Assembly: GCA_051294905.1 (NCBI GenBank)
Contig: CM119371.1
Span: 40,054,001 to 40,118,000 of the forward strand
From: Botryllus schlosseri
Taxonomy: Eukaryota
Reading direction: 5' to 3'
DNA: 64,000 nucleotides
Position 1 is the stretch's first letter; each line of letters opens with the position of its first letter. The position numbers and the translations under genes are program-made. Below, piece by piece: positions 27,383 through 41,100 of the stretch. A model generated the notes under the pieces. The model ran no database searches, had not been told where the DNA came from, and was given only the letters and a program-made list of their open reading frames with translations.

Positions 27383-28875
27383 TCATTTAATATGAATATA
27401 CTATTCAAGAATAGTTGAGTAACCACACTATTGGGATTTCGTCTTGGTATTGGTACTTGAAAATGGGAGGAAAATTAGTATATTATATCTACGAACCATT
27501 CGATATCACCAAACAGAGTTATAAAAAGTGGGCTCATCAAGACTTTACCTGGAAACTGAGCAGTCAACACAATGACTTGGATTCGGACTCGAGTCATAAT
27601 ACCATGACTCAGACTCGACCCTCTGCTCGCTGACTTGACTCGGTGGTGAATTGAAAATGACTCGACTTGACTCGAGTCAAAACTATAAAAGTGAGATTGT
27701 CTTTTGACTCGGAGCCTTGCGACTTTGTTACAAGGCTGCAAGATACTAAAAGCAAGTAATAGAGAGACAATAAAACACACTAAGCGCTAAGACAAATATC
27801 TACTTCGTGGTCATAAGAGAACATCTACGATAAATGTGGCAGAACACTACCTACGCCAATGCGTTGGAATTTATATTTTAGTTAGCAACATCTCGTATTC
27901 CGCAGTCAGGCTAATCAAGTTTCCGGTTAGCCTTGCAAGTTCAAAATAAATTTCTTGGGTAATTTATTTTTTGATATTATAACTAATATTGAGAATTACC
28001 TCGCAGGTCATTCAAAACCTTCTCGCGGGTCAAATGTTGGCCGTCCCTGGTCCCTGCTATAGACGGGTCAATGATTATCAGCTAGCTAAATCGAGCGAAG
28101 CAAGAAAAAATTCCAGTTGATGTCAAAAATAATCATATTCAATGGTAGCACGAATAGCATGTACACATTTCAGCGATTTTGGTGTCGAATACCTTCTGTT
28201 TACCCACTTCTGGCCATAAGCGAAATCAAAAACCCATGGCGCGGCTCTGTTCTAAGCCATTTTGATTTAAATCCTCATTTCTAAAATCATGGCATATGGC
28301 ATGAGCCTATGAGGACATATTTTATTTCTCCATATCGTTGAGTCTTACTACGCTCTTTGTACAGTAGGGGTGTTCAAAGATAACATTTTTCTTCAAATTT
28401 CACTGGCTACTTGATAAATTGAAAGGTTGGCTAAAAAACTCAGCATAACAGATTTGGTTCAATTCCAACCAGTTTTTTACAAGGCTGCAAGATACTAAAA
28501 GCAAGCAATAGAGAGACAATAAAACACACTAAGCGCTAAGACAAATATCTACTTCGTGTGTCATAAAAGAACATCTACGATAAATGTGGCAGGACACTAC
28601 ATACGCCAATGCGTTGGAATTGATATTTTAGTTAGCATTCTTAGCAACATCTCATATTCCGCAGTCAGTCTAATCAAGTTTCTGGTTGGCCTTGCAAGTT
28701 CAAAATACATTTCTTGGGTAATTTATTTTTTGACATTATAACTCAAATTGAGAATTACCTCGCGGCTCATTCAAAACCTGCTATTGACGGACCAATGATT
28801 ATCAGCTAGCTAAATCGAGCGAAGCAAGAAAAAATTCCAGTTGATGTCAAAAATAATCACTTTCAATGGTAGCAC

Positions 28876-30932
28876 CAGGGTTGTAATGACTCGAGTCATG
28901 ACAAGTCGAGTCACGATTTTTTTGTGACTCGACTTGACTCGAGTCATTTTCTTGAAATGGGAAAATGACTCGACTCGAGTCAATATTTTGATTGACTCGA
29001 CTTGTACTCGAGTCATTTCGCATGACTCGACTCAAGTCATTGACTCGGCTTATTTTATATGACTTGAAGGTGAAGAAAGTTGCGAATCACAATGGTTAGA
29101 TCAACGCATGTGACGAATTCTGTCGACATCGCTATTTGTCACCACTGCTTTCGTTGCACTCGTCTGATATCAGATATGCGACGCCGTAAAAGCAAAAGAC
29201 AATAGTACATAGTAGCAAAGAGCAATGCATTGTACAAAATCATCCAGTGATGAAGAGGTAATAGTCCGCCATCAAAGTACTCAATACATTTCAATTATAC
29301 AAGCAAACAATCGAAGCAAAGTCCAATTAGCGCCACTTGGAAGAGACTGATAAGCTCATGTGTAGATATGAAGGCGATGATTCTTTGCATTTTTGGCCGA
29401 CTAGAATGGATGAGTATCTAATGCTCTTCAGTGTGGTTCAAAATTGCTTTTCAATTCCTGCATCTAATGCGCCAGAGGAACGTGTATCCAGTGTACGTGG
29501 ATTATTCTAAGGCCATGCCGCCTCAACATATATGAGAATCTCCTTTCCACTTTAGTATTTTTCAAGTGTAACTCATTGATTTGATCTGCTGTCTGTGAAG
29601 AAACACAATGCCCTCCGTCCGTTTGACGTTTTGTTAGGTATGTGCATTTTGCACGTGATAATAATGAATGGCTAATATTGTGTGATGTTTGTACAATAGG
29701 GCCGATCAAAAATACCTTCTTTTTTATTCTACTGGGTGGCTACTTGATAAAACTGCTACGTTACATAAAAAGAACACAGAATCTGGCCTAATTTGAAAAA
29801 GTGGAATCAACGAAGTTGAGAGGAGAAAATTTTGGATTTGAAAATACATGGAGTATTTTTAGTGAGAAATGATTTCATATAATATAATAACATACTAGCA
29901 GTAAGTTGACTATTTTTTCATATCCAAAATATTCCACCCTAATAACTCCGCTTCTTCTAGTTGGAATTGAGCCAAATTTTCTATGAATCATATTTTTACA
30001 CAATCTAACAATATCATGAGGTAGCCGGTATATTTCGAAAGTCTCTATTTGTAATTAATCCAAAATATTTTCTCTTAGCATTGCTTTCTACTGGTTGGAA
30101 TTAAGCCAAATTTAAGTTCTTTCAGATAATCTAACAATTTTAAGAAGTAGCCTCTTTTTTGAGATTCTGTCTTCATTTTTGGGATTTTTTTTTTGGTAAA
30201 TGTAGGGCAAATTCGACTAAGACAACAGTAAATCAGCACTAAAGTAACGCTCCGGCGACTATTTCGGCAGCTGAGCAGGAAAGTTGACCTTTTTTCTGGT
30301 CAACCACCCGATATGATGTGAAAGCAAAACTGTACCTCTACATAAGCGTTTATCTGTTGATTCTTTACCAGCTTGTATCTAGCTAGACGTGAATTCGTAG
30401 GTTCTCTATCAGATAGTATGTAGACGTGAATTCGTTTATTCTCTATAAGCTATTTGTGAGCGGTCGTCGATGTGCTCGTAATAAAAACTGAATGCTTTTA
30501 TTAGTGAAATATCAGACTGACAAGACAGATATTTGATTTAAAGTTCTAAGATTAGTAACGTTATCGTATTGGCGGCCTGTCTCGTCTATCTGTAGCATCG
30601 GTATATGAGGCCAGGAACTGCCTGTTATCTGCCTAACTAACTAAACTTGTGCCAAGACTATGATAGGGACAAAATAAGCATGCTTGGCAAGCAAGGAATT
30701 CGATATCACCCAAGCAGGATTGAAATTTGAAAACATAAGTTGAACATGACTTCAATACTGTGACTTGGACTCGACTCGAGTCATAACACTATGACTCGGA
30801 CTTGACCCTTAAAACGGTGACTTGGACTCGGACTCGAGACGGTGATGAATTGAAAATGACTCGACTCGAGTCAAAACCACAAAAGTCAGATTGACTCGTG
30901 ACTCGGAACCATGTGACTTGGTTACAACCCTG
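28876..30932 (+). mobile_element. 2.06-kb hAT element of the CAGGGTTGTAA family
   Basis: TIR cagggttgtaa / ttacaaccctg, perfect TSD GGTAGCAC, empty site at 28144-28151. Confidence 0.92.
29376..29577 (+). pseudogene. hAT transposase C-terminal dimerization-domain remnant
   Basis: DDSLHFWPTRMDEYLMLFSVVQNCFSIPASNAPEERVSS, then after a frameshift ILRPCRLNIYENLLSTLVFFKCN. Confidence 0.8.
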
Positions 30933-31172
30933 GGTAGCACGTATAGCATATACACATTTTAGCGATTTTGGTGTCGAATACCTTCTGTTCACCCACTTCT
31001 GGCCATAAGCGAAATCAAAAACCCATGACACGGCTACGTTCTAAGCCATCTTGATTTAAATCCTCATTTCTAAAATTCAAAAGGCATGTTAAAATCATGG
31101 CATATGGCATAAACCTATGAGGACATATTTCATTTCTCCATATCGTTGAGTCTTACTACGCTCTTTGTACAG

Positions 31173-31802
31173 TAGGGGTGTTCAAAGATAACATTTTTCT
31201 TCAAATTTCACTCTTTACTTGATAAATTGTAAGGTTGGCTAAAAAACTCAGCATACGAAATTTGGTTTAATTCCAACTAGTAGCCGCATTGCTACAAGAG
31301 AAGAAATATTTGGATTTATTATGTAAAAATTAAATAATTTTTTTTTCAAAATTTTGTGTTCACCCCCTAAAATTGTTAGGCTGTGAACAGAAACGATAGG
31401 CCTACTCACCAAATTTCGCTCCATTGCAACCAGTGGAAGCGGATTTATTGCAGTTCAAAAATTTGGATATGAATAAAATAGTAATCCGACCAATGTAAAT
31501 ATTATCTTATTCAAATTCAAATTTTTCAACTACAATACCGTTGCTCACACTGGTTGCAATTGAGCAAAATTTGTTGAGCATCGTTTCTGTACACAACCTA
31601 ACAACATCATGGGGTGAACAGAAATTTTTTTTTTATATATTTCTAGATAATAGCCTAAATATATAACTTTCTTCTCTTGTGGCAATGCAGCTACTGGTTG
31701 GAATGGAACGAAATTTGGTGTGCAGCCGTTAATTAGGTAACATAACAATGTTATCAACTATCCAGTATGATTTGAGAAAAGAGTCATTTTTTAACACCCC
31801 TA
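31173..31802. mobile_element. Palindromic MITE (TAGGGGTGTTCAA family)
   Basis: TIR taggggtgtt / aacaccccta, TSD ttgtacag / ctgtacag; partial relatives at 15045, 28365 and 32056. Confidence 0.85.
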
Positions 31803-33867
31803 CTGTACAGATGCTTGACAGACAAGCCATAAAACTATTAGCTATGATACACGCAATCACCAGTCACTCCTACATGTCAAAATGTTCGCATTAGATGTCG
31901 CTTCTGCATTTGACGTGGGCATACGAATCAAATTCCTTCATCCTTGCAACGATATAACATAGGAGTTGTACAAGCCATAGTCGTTAAACCAGGGTATGGT
32001 GAGTATGATGCAGTTATCCTGTATTGTTAGTAGGCCTAAACGGCATACTTGCAATAGGAGTATTCAAAAATGACTATTTTTCAAATTGTACTGGCTACTT
32101 GATAAAATTGTTACGTTGCCTAGTTGAAGGCTGCACACCAAATTTGGTTTAATTCCAAGCAGTAGCCGTATTGGTACAAGAGAACAAAGTTTTGAATTTA
32201 TTGTTTAAAAATGAATAAAAAATTTTTCAAGATTTTCTGTTCACCCGATGATATTGTTAGGTTGTCTATAAACGGTGCTCAGCAAATTTGGCTCAATTTC
32301 AACCAGTCGAAGCGAAGTTATTGCAGTCGAGAAATTTGGATTTGAATGTAATAGTATTTACGGTGGCCAGTTTGAGAATTAGCCACCTTAAATATTATTT
32401 TATTCAAATCCAAATTTTTCGACTGCAATAACTCCGCTTCCACTGTCGAGCCGTGTTACTTGCTAGTGCATTACTCACACGGCGTGTTGTGCGACAATTA
32501 CGTTGTCAAATATTGATGTAACAACAAATTTTCAGCAGCACAAATTCTCACAGTATTCGATACATTTGAACGGGAACCTGGTGTATTCCAATTAATAAAT
32601 GGCAACAGTTTTCCTAATGGTGTCGAAATTAATCATGGTAAGTACGGGGAAGCGGCGTATTGAAATTTGTAACGGTTTTTGTTATATTGATCAAGGCTTT
32701 TGTACAGTTCGACCGAGCCCCGGCTGGTATCATGATTATGCGATATTGCATTTTAATAGCTTTTTGAAAGTTGCCATCTATTGTGAATCGAGGGACGATA
32801 TGATGCAATGAAGCTCGGCACTCAACTAAATAGCGAGCTTCAGCGGCAGAGAGGCTTGACGATGTCCCCCTGGACTATAATCTTGCCCGCCAATCTGATT
32901 TGACCCTGTCGAAATATACTTATCCCTATCTGCATCGTAACCGCTGAGGTTAACGAATTCTAGAATCGTGCCAGGAAAATCCATCGTTTGGGCCGCGAAG
33001 ACGGAGACACCCTAAACATCCTAAAGTTGAATCTTCATGTCGAAATTATGTGCCTTGTATTGGATAAACCACAAGCAACAACAATGACTCCATTATGTTA
33101 ACTTACAGCTTTGGCGCTCTACGAGCCATCGATGATTTTCAGTCGGATTGGATTTGGAATTTCAATGAAGTTGTGGAACTAGGGCACCGGCTGAAGATTA
33201 GATAATAGACATATTTCGATTACATTAGCCTCAATCATGAATTACATTACATTTACGCGGCTAATCAGAGTCTCCGCCGTCAGTAATTAAGCGCTCTTGA
33301 ATACTACTATTACATAGTGCCTAGGGCCGGGCACAGTGATTAGGGTCCTACTCGAATCTGAATCGAGTATTAATTTTAATGATTCGAGTCGAGTAGTAAA
33401 AGCCAATATTTTCAGGTACTAAAATTATACGCTTCTCGCCACTGAATGAAATTTAATTTATCAACGAGAATTACAGTTTCGATACTAATTTTCACTGTTG
33501 AAGCCTTGAAACCTGGATTGGCGGTATCGTAGCATACGAAATATATAATACATAGTTACGAAGGCACATTCCGAAATAATGATTATCCCACAACATTGTC
33601 ACCAAGTGGAATGAAATGGCAATGGCCGAAAAAATACCAAAACATCATTTATGACAGTGGTCGCGGTAACGTTTTTCGACCGAAGAGCCATGTTGGCCAA
33701 ATATTTTTAATTGTCACTCCCAATGAGCCATTCATGTCAGTAAATTTTTTCGTCATAATTGAAAGTTCGTGACGTGTATTGGTAGCACTAATATATGGGA
33801 TTCGTAGTGTGGGCCTTCTGCCCACTTGGGTAGTGCAGACGAACACGGTCACTACAGCAGTACATAC

Positions 33868-34299
33868 CAGAGACGAGCGGATTTGAAATTTCTATGTCCT
33901 ATTCTATTCCAATCCAAATCCGAACCTGCAAATCCTAATCCATATCCTAATCCATAACTTTTCCGTATTCAAGTCCATGTCCAATCCTAATCCGATTCTA
34001 ACTGGAAATTCAGAAAAAATGATAATTTATACATGGAAGGAATTGGAAAATTTTTATCCACTGCCAACAATTCCCTTGATTCAAGATAACTTAGTAACCA
34101 TAAGTACATTAATACCTGATCTGAATAAAGTTTGTCGCCTTTCGCCACACGACAAATAGATCTCCCAGAAAATAGGTAAATCCAGTCCAAATCCTATTCC
34201 GTTCAGAAAAAAATCTTTAATCCTAAACCAATCCAAATCCGCCGAAATCTCACAAATCCTGTTTTTTAAAATCCTAATCCTAATCCATGCTCATATCTG
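33868..34299. mobile_element. hAT MITE with AATCC subterminal repeats
   Basis: TIR cagagacgagc / gctcatatctg, perfect TSD GTACATAC. Confidence 0.85.
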
Positions 34300-34623
34300 G
34301 TACATACTTATCGTTTGATATTTTACAGTTTGTATCATACCGTTGTAAACGGCTTATTGTCTGCTCTTTGTGAATCACAAACGGTTAAAGAAAACAAATA
34401 GGTAGACATGGTGTTATCGTCAACGAGCCGCAATAGCCTATCTGAAGAAAGACTTCTTCGTCATTGCATCATTCTTATATTACGAAGCGCATGATGAAAA
34501 CATATGATGTAGACAACATTGCCAGAATGAAGCAACACGGTGTCACCAGCAGTGTATTCACAACTTGAGTGTTGTCAGCGAACAACTGCTACTGTTGAGC
34601 GTCATTGGCAAGCTTCTTAGTAA

Positions 34624-34970
34624 TAGGCTTACCATATTTTGGAAATCTAAACAGAGGACACTTTTTCAGAAATTTGCAACTTGCAAGAACAGGTGAATTT
34701 TTCCCACTTTGTGATCGGTTGACTAAAAAAAAGGTCATTATTTCGCTCAGAGCTAAAATCACCGTTTTTCAGTCCGAAATACCCGCCGGAGCTTCACTTT
34801 TGTGCTAATTTACGGCATAACACTCGCAATTTGCTCTAAATCTGACCTAAATTTTCAGAAAAGAGGACAAAATCTCAAAAAAGAGGACAAAAGGGCGTCC
34901 TCCGAGGACACTTTCAAAAAAGTCAAAAAAGAGGACAAATCCTCTTAAAAGAGGACGTATGGTAAGCCTA
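34624..34970 (-). mobile_element. hAT MITE (TAGGCTTACCATA family)
   Basis: Perfect TIR, perfect TSD CTTAGTAA, GAGGAC repeats; close relative of 51907-52278. Confidence 0.92.
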
Positions 34971-35583
34971 CTTAGTAAGGACATGCACTTTCTACCCAAG
35001 AATGTAGGAAAGTAGCTCTCGTTGTACTGCAAGAAAATTTAATTATTTCCACCACAATATGTATCGTATCCATTGGAATTTTTCATACGGCCAGATTTCG
35101 TTCAAATATTGATTTTTTCATGTAAAACGTTTCCTGTTTCACAGATAAAAACGTTTTTTCAGGCCAAACTACTTCGTTAGGAAAGTCAGTTCCTACCAGA
35201 CATGAAGATAAGTTGTACAATTTTAATATTATGTGGGAAAACACCTAATTTGCATACGTATGGTCAAAATTCAGTTTGTTTAGGTCAAAAAAAGTCAGCA
35301 TTAATATTTTTTAGGTCAAAATTTACCTTTTTTTAGGTCAAGAAAAAACCGCCCTAGTTATACCCAAAAGAGCCATATATGGCTCGCGAGCCATAAGTTT
35401 CCGATCGTTGATTTACAAGATAGATAACAGGCGTTATATTAGCTCAGTGGTGGCATAAACGCTACATATTTGGCTTCAGACGTAATACATGATGTTACGA
35501 CGTCATAGTGGGTGATACTCGATCCCTCCACTCGACTCGAACACTGAGCTATATAAACACTCGAAGACTCAAATCATATTACG

Positions 35584-35960
35584 TAGGGTTACCATACGTC
35601 CTCCTTTAGCGGGATTTGTCCTCCTTTTTCAGGTTTTAGAAAATGTCCTCCGAGGACGCCCAATTGTCCTCCTTTTTGAGATTTTGTCCTCTTTTTTGAG
35701 AATTTTGGTCAATTTGACTGTGAAATTGGAGTGCGATGCCGTAATCAGCACCGAAGTAAAGCGCCGGCAGCTATTTTGGAAGCCGTGCCGGAAAAATAAC
35801 GACTTTTAGACAACCACCTATAGACGTGAAGGAAAAAACTGTATTTTGGGCGCTGGGCGAGAAAGTTGATCATTTTTTTTTATTCAACCGACCACGAAGT
35901 GAAGTTTGAACATTTTGAAAAACTGTCCTCCTTTCCCGATTCCAAGATATGGTAACCCTA
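35584..35960 (+). mobile_element. hAT MITE (TAGGGTTACCATA family)
   Basis: Perfect TIR, perfect TSD ATATTACG. Confidence 0.92.
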
Positions 35961-36018
35961 ATATTACGTGATTCCAAATCGAATCCCTGCGGTACTCGAT
36001 TTTGCCCAGCCCTAATAG

Positions 36019-36909
36019 CAGAGTTGGTCAGTAACGAAATACTTTTACTTTTTTGAAGTACTCAAGTAGTTTTCCTCTACTTCTGGTACTTACTCAAGTG
36101 GATCTGATTTTTTCTACTTCTACTTCTACTTCGTGATATTTTGTGATTTACTTACTTACTTTTCACTATTTTCAGTTTGTCAAGTAGAAGTAGTTTTATC
36201 ATATCGTAATCTAGCAGCAGCCCACTAGGAGTCTTACTAATCTGGAAAATCCAGTTTTTTTTAACGCTACTCCTGTTTTAGCAGATCACCTTTGAAGCTT
36301 GATGGACCAAAGACATGGAATATATTTTCTGCTTTTTAGACGCGATATTTGTATTTGACTTTCAATTGCGAGTATCATACTCCGAGTTCTAATTACTTGC
36401 AGATCGTAAACTGATCGCGCAAAGTGATGAAATCGTATCCAATAAAACTTCTACGTATTGCTCTTTGCCTAAACTAGGGACCTCAAATATGGTGTAGGGC
36501 GCCATACCATGGTATTCTGTAAAACGGGGTCTTCTATTAAACAAAGGGTTAGTATCGCATTTTCATATCAATCTAGGCATATAGTTTGAATCCCATGATG
36601 TGAAAAAATGCTTATTCTGTCGAAAATTGATACCTCCTGGGATGCATCAATACTAATCCAGCTCTCTGCATCCTCCGCATCGCTCGATTCGCAGCTTTCG
36701 ACAGTCGATGCGAACGAATTAAGACTGTTTTCGAAACTACTTTCTTACTTGAGTAGATTCAAAGTCAGCCAATTCTAATTCTGCATCAAGTAGTCTTAGA
36801 TGGCTTATTGAAGAAGTACTTCTACTCGTACTTGAGTAGATTTTTTTCTTGGCTTCTTCTACTTCTACTTCTACCTGAGTAGCTTTCTTGACTACTTTGA
36901 CCACCTCTG
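36019..36909 (+). mobile_element. hAT MITE with TACTT/AAGTA repeats (CAGAG[G/T]TGGTCA family)
   Basis: TIR cagagttggtca / tgaccacctctg, TSD cctaatag / ccaaatag; related ends near 7230, 7705, 16727, 19898, 23529 and 24714. Confidence 0.8.
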
Positions 36910-37119
36910 CCAAATAGTACCGTTATAGTATTTCAATACATTTGACGGCCACCTAACTAGGAGGCGGTATAAACTCACTTGAACTCTTGTAGTTCGAGAA
37001 ATGACAGGACGCATCGAATGGAACACGCGATGGTAATATAGTCATGTCGGCAATCTCAATAATGGATGACATTGGCCAAGAACTTATAGTGTAGCGTTCA
37101 ACAAATTGCCGTTAACCAG

Positions 37120-37680
37120 TGGTGTTCTTTCGTCAAAATAGAAATTGAATTATCCAAAAACTTTGTGGTTCTGGATTTGGGCAAGCTGAAAATTATCTAG
37201 TTTTCCAAGTCTGGCTAAAGCAGGGGCGGGAAACTCCAGTCGGAGTGACAGATACAAGATAATTAGGAATCTGGCAGACCGGATTCCAGAATAGATACAT
37301 TATTCGCAGATTTATCCACCTATAGTAGGAATATATCGTATTTAATGTAACTTTAATGGTTATTGCAAGACCAAAATCAGTATTCAAAGAATTTATGATT
37401 GTAATATACTTCATTATCTGTTGGAGTCAATGAGACATCTTGGGCCGATCAAAATAATCAGCAAGTTCTTTGAACTCTGGCTGCATGTCGGACTTAGAAA
37501 CCATCAGTTAGATTGGAACGCAGCTTTGCCTTGTTCCTATTCATGGTCGAAATTGTTTGTCTGCAAATGTTGGCCGTCGTAGACCGGAATAGAACAAGTG
37601 GTTTTATGGCCACCTTTCTGACGTTGAAAAACTTGGATTCATTCAGTGATGCAGAAACGCACAACTTGAAGAAAACAAAG
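37120..37680 (-). pseudogene. Decayed coding-like segment with an LRR-like motif (NLRIMYLFWNPV)
   Basis: Non-repetitive, protein-like frames broken by stops, same strand as the NACHT exon. Confidence 0.3.
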
Positions 37681-38163
37681 AGCTATAGAATAACCTACAG
37701 TCACTATAGTTTGACGTATACTAAGCAAGTAGTGTGAGATTGCGACAGACTGTGGCCGCGGGCCGCATTATCATGCAACACCGGAAGCGGCGGGCCGCTC
37801 AAAATCCCGTCGCTGGCCATATGTTGCCCAACCTGTTTTGTTCAGTTCGTAATTATCATGTGATGGAGCAATTCAAGTGATTCTTTGGTGTCTTTAGCCA
37901 AAAAACATACCTCCATAACCAAGCAGCTGCGTAACATAAGAAAAAGCAGACCACGATATTTGCATTTGTCAGAAATTTTGATATGTCATACATATTTCTG
38001 TTATGGTTGTAGGATCCACAAATGAAAACATTCTAGCGCAGGGAATCTCTCTTTTGGGGTGGGGTGGGGTGGGGGTGGGGGGGGGGGGGGCGTTGAAGCA
38101 TCTGAGGAGAGGCACGAAGCCGTCTGACATAAATGATGTTTCTTCAACTCGGAATGAGTTTAA

Positions 38164-41100
38164 TAGGGATGGTGTGAACCTCATGACGTCACGTGACTTC
38201 ATATTGCTAATTCCAACTCTACATTTAAGGGATTTGATATAGTAATGTACACCTAGCCACGACTCGGGCCACAATGCCTCAATGCTGCAGTACATACTGA
38301 CTTATTATACGTCGCCAAGTGTACAAATGGGGAAATCAAATGATATAATAATTTCATAAAATCAATATTTTCCGTCGCTTTGCCAACCATTTTGACGATG
38401 ACTTGCAAGGGATTATAAGCTTACGCCTTATCGGTCTAGGCAGGGCAATGTATACCGCGTCTGAGAGTTGCTACGTTGATATTGAGCAGAGTGCGAATCG
38501 GGTTTTTATACTTGCTACAGATATTACCCCATTAACAAGTTATACCGCAGTAACCAATACCCCAATCACAGGGATTTTGTTATTATGATACAGTAAGTAT
38601 ATGAAATCCAGATGGACTCCCAGACGTCGAGTTACGGGGTGGCGGGGTGGCGCAGCTACCCCATGACACATTTATGGGGTGGCGGCCACCCCATACAATT
38701 AGATCAAACGCCCGCCGTCTGCGATTTTAAATCATCAGCGCTGTCAATCAACGAGTTCGTGATAATAGCGCGTAATTGCCAACTATTTAGCATCAACAGA
38801 TACGCGTGCGAATAATTGATTACGCTAAATCGTCGGCGACGACGAACTATAACGCCCAATAAGTTGTAATCCGTGATTAGTATTCAGACAATCGAAGCAA
38901 CCTCGCTTACGACTTACGACGTCGATTTCGACACGCTTGCGCTGAGAAACACCATCTTCGCTCTCGACCAGAGGAGCGAATGCCCGTTCTCTTCCCCTAA
39001 TTAAATTGTATTTGCGCCAATATTCCTTTAAAAAATACTTCGTTATAATGCGCAAACGATTGTCGCGATGTCAGAGCTGGAAGTTCCAAGTTGGAACCCC
39101 ATTGTGCTGTACGCAAGTTGAGGAATTACTTATTAGATGCGCGCTTTCTCGTTTGCTATCATCTGTAGGCTACTAATTCTTGTCTGCTTCATACAATCGT
39201 ATTCCTTAGGTGTCACTTGTCAGTGTTTCATTTGTTATTAATACTGCGCATTGTGCAGTTCGCGGCGTTGAATTACATTGTCGATATTGATGCAACACGA
39301 GCTTCTCGATGGCGCAAATTCTGAATTTATCCAATTAGTTTGAACGGGAACCTTCTATGTTCCAGTAAACTTCATTGCTGGCCGGAGTCTATCTAGCGCA
39401 ACCTCATCGCGGATCGAATTTCAAACCTTTGGGATATGTATTTCTATTGATGAGGTCACGGCATGCGCCCGTAATTTTACGATCATATTCGACAGGCTGA
39501 TATTAACCAGCGCGTTGTCGGCATTAAAACCCCAGGTGCGTAGCCCTAGCCAGGTAGTTTCTCATTTATAACTAGAAATCCCGTCCTTTTGAAATGTCAA
39601 TTCACGAATTCGTATTATCGATGCTGCGTACTGCAAATTAGCGAGAAACATTTTTATGCGAAATTGGTCATCGATATCTCATGTGCACTATCCACGGCGG
39701 TTTGATTTAGCTCATCCGCATGTAGGCTTGCTACCGTCCGCAGATACACTTTCGCCAAACTGTAACAATCCCTGAGTGCAATATTGTTTGTGTTTATGTA
39801 TCTTTTTCATTAAAACTTATGCCCGCGTCGGAACAAATTGTGCTCGTTGCCATTTCCGAACCTGGGTATCTAGGTATGACTAGCACACCCTGTAACTGTA
39901 ATTATCGCAGGTTAGCGGCATGTCTGCAATTTTGTTATCAGCGCATCTTGCCGGCCGATTGAACAGTCCAATGAAATTATTCACTACTAGGTATTTCACA
40001 CAGCGTACTGAGGCTGATTTCAGCAAACTAACGATCCTTATTAGACGTACGAATTCGACCGCATCGTTAGAAACGAAGATTCGAAACACAATCGCGATTT
40101 GACGATCAAATATACGTTCACCTTCTACAAATTAAGGTGCATTATTTGCATTGATGAGGGCTGCAAGCTGCGTTTGAAGTATTTTGTAGGGATGGTGTGA
40201 ACGTGAGGTTCACGTTCGCGTTCTGTGTGTGAACCTGGGGAAATTTGAGGTTCGCGTTCACAACAGAACGTTGGTAGGTTCTGCACTGTGAACCTTTGTC
40301 ACATATTGCAATTTTCACTTCATTATAACATCTTTGGTTCAAATTAATTGACTTTCAAATGCGAGCATGGAGCATGGAGCTGGCAGCATAAACATTCAAC
40401 ACTAAACGAGCATGCCCTTGACAATCTCAAATATTTACTTGTATTGTAACCAGAGTTTGCTCGAAATATCCAGCTTTCCGTTTGTGCATATTTATTGTCT
40501 CTGTGCTGTGAGCTTGACCCGCAATCACATGATATCAAGAGCGAAATGCACGGTATCTTGTCAGCAAATGATTCTTATTCAACCAATCAATGAGATTGAT
40601 ATCATCTTCTGATGTACAAATCTAGCAGGCGTACGGGGTCAATCTTGAATACATATGTAAACTGTATTATAAAAACCAAATCCGTGCGACCGGGGTGTTG
40701 GCTATACTGCTGTATAACTTGTTAATCGGTAGCAAGTATAGAAACCGATTTTACACTCTGCTCAATATCCATGTGGCAATACTCAGACGCCGAATACACT
40801 GTCCGATCAGGTCGAAATTGTTGGCAAAGCGACGCAAGATACTGATTTTATGAGATTATTATGTCATTTGATTGCCCCAGTTGATACATTTGGCGATGTT
40901 TTAAACGTCAATATGTACTTAAGTACTGAGCTATTATGTGGCCCCGAGTCGTCGCTCGGTATCGTATAAAGTAGATTAATATGGGCAATCACCTAATTGA
41001 AATATCGGGTTGAAATTAGCAATATGACGTCACGTGACGTCATGAGGTTCACGTTCGTGTTCACACAGAACCTTTCAAAAAGGTTCACGTTCACACGAAC

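Larger units (their letters stand above)
27097..27405. mobile_element. Penelope-like inverted pLTR fragment: 130-bp perfect inverted arms, 17-nt spacer, 35-nt one-sided tail, 13-bp TSD
   Basis: Arms 27132-27261 and 27279-27408; TSD CAAGAATAGTTGA at 27084-27096 and 27406-27418; hammerhead motif in each arm. Confidence 0.7.
26898..27738 (+). mobile_element. hAT MITE (CAGGGTTGTAA family) hosting the palindromic insertion
   Basis: Termini cagggttgtaa / ttacaaggctg; colinear with 17029-17400 once 27097-27418 is removed. Confidence 0.8.
27728..31278 (+). repeat. Local tandem duplication of ~750 bp; the second copy is split by a hAT insertion
   Basis: 27728-28472 matches 28477-28875 plus 30941-31278. 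Confidence 0.9.
33322..36014 (+). mobile_element. hAT element (TAGGGCTGGGCA family) containing nested MITEs
   Basis: TIR tagggccgggca / tgcccagcccta; TSD atagtgcc / atagtacc once 36019-36909 is removed. Confidence 0.75.

Noticed and set aside
38055..38090. G-rich run (possible G-quadruplex; proline-rich ORF)
   Set aside because: Simple low-complexity tract.
39880..40124. Open phase-1 segment as exon 2 of the NACHT gene
   Set aside because: Phase fits, but it lies inside apparent transposon cargo, has no recognisable motif and only a weak donor; left uncalled.
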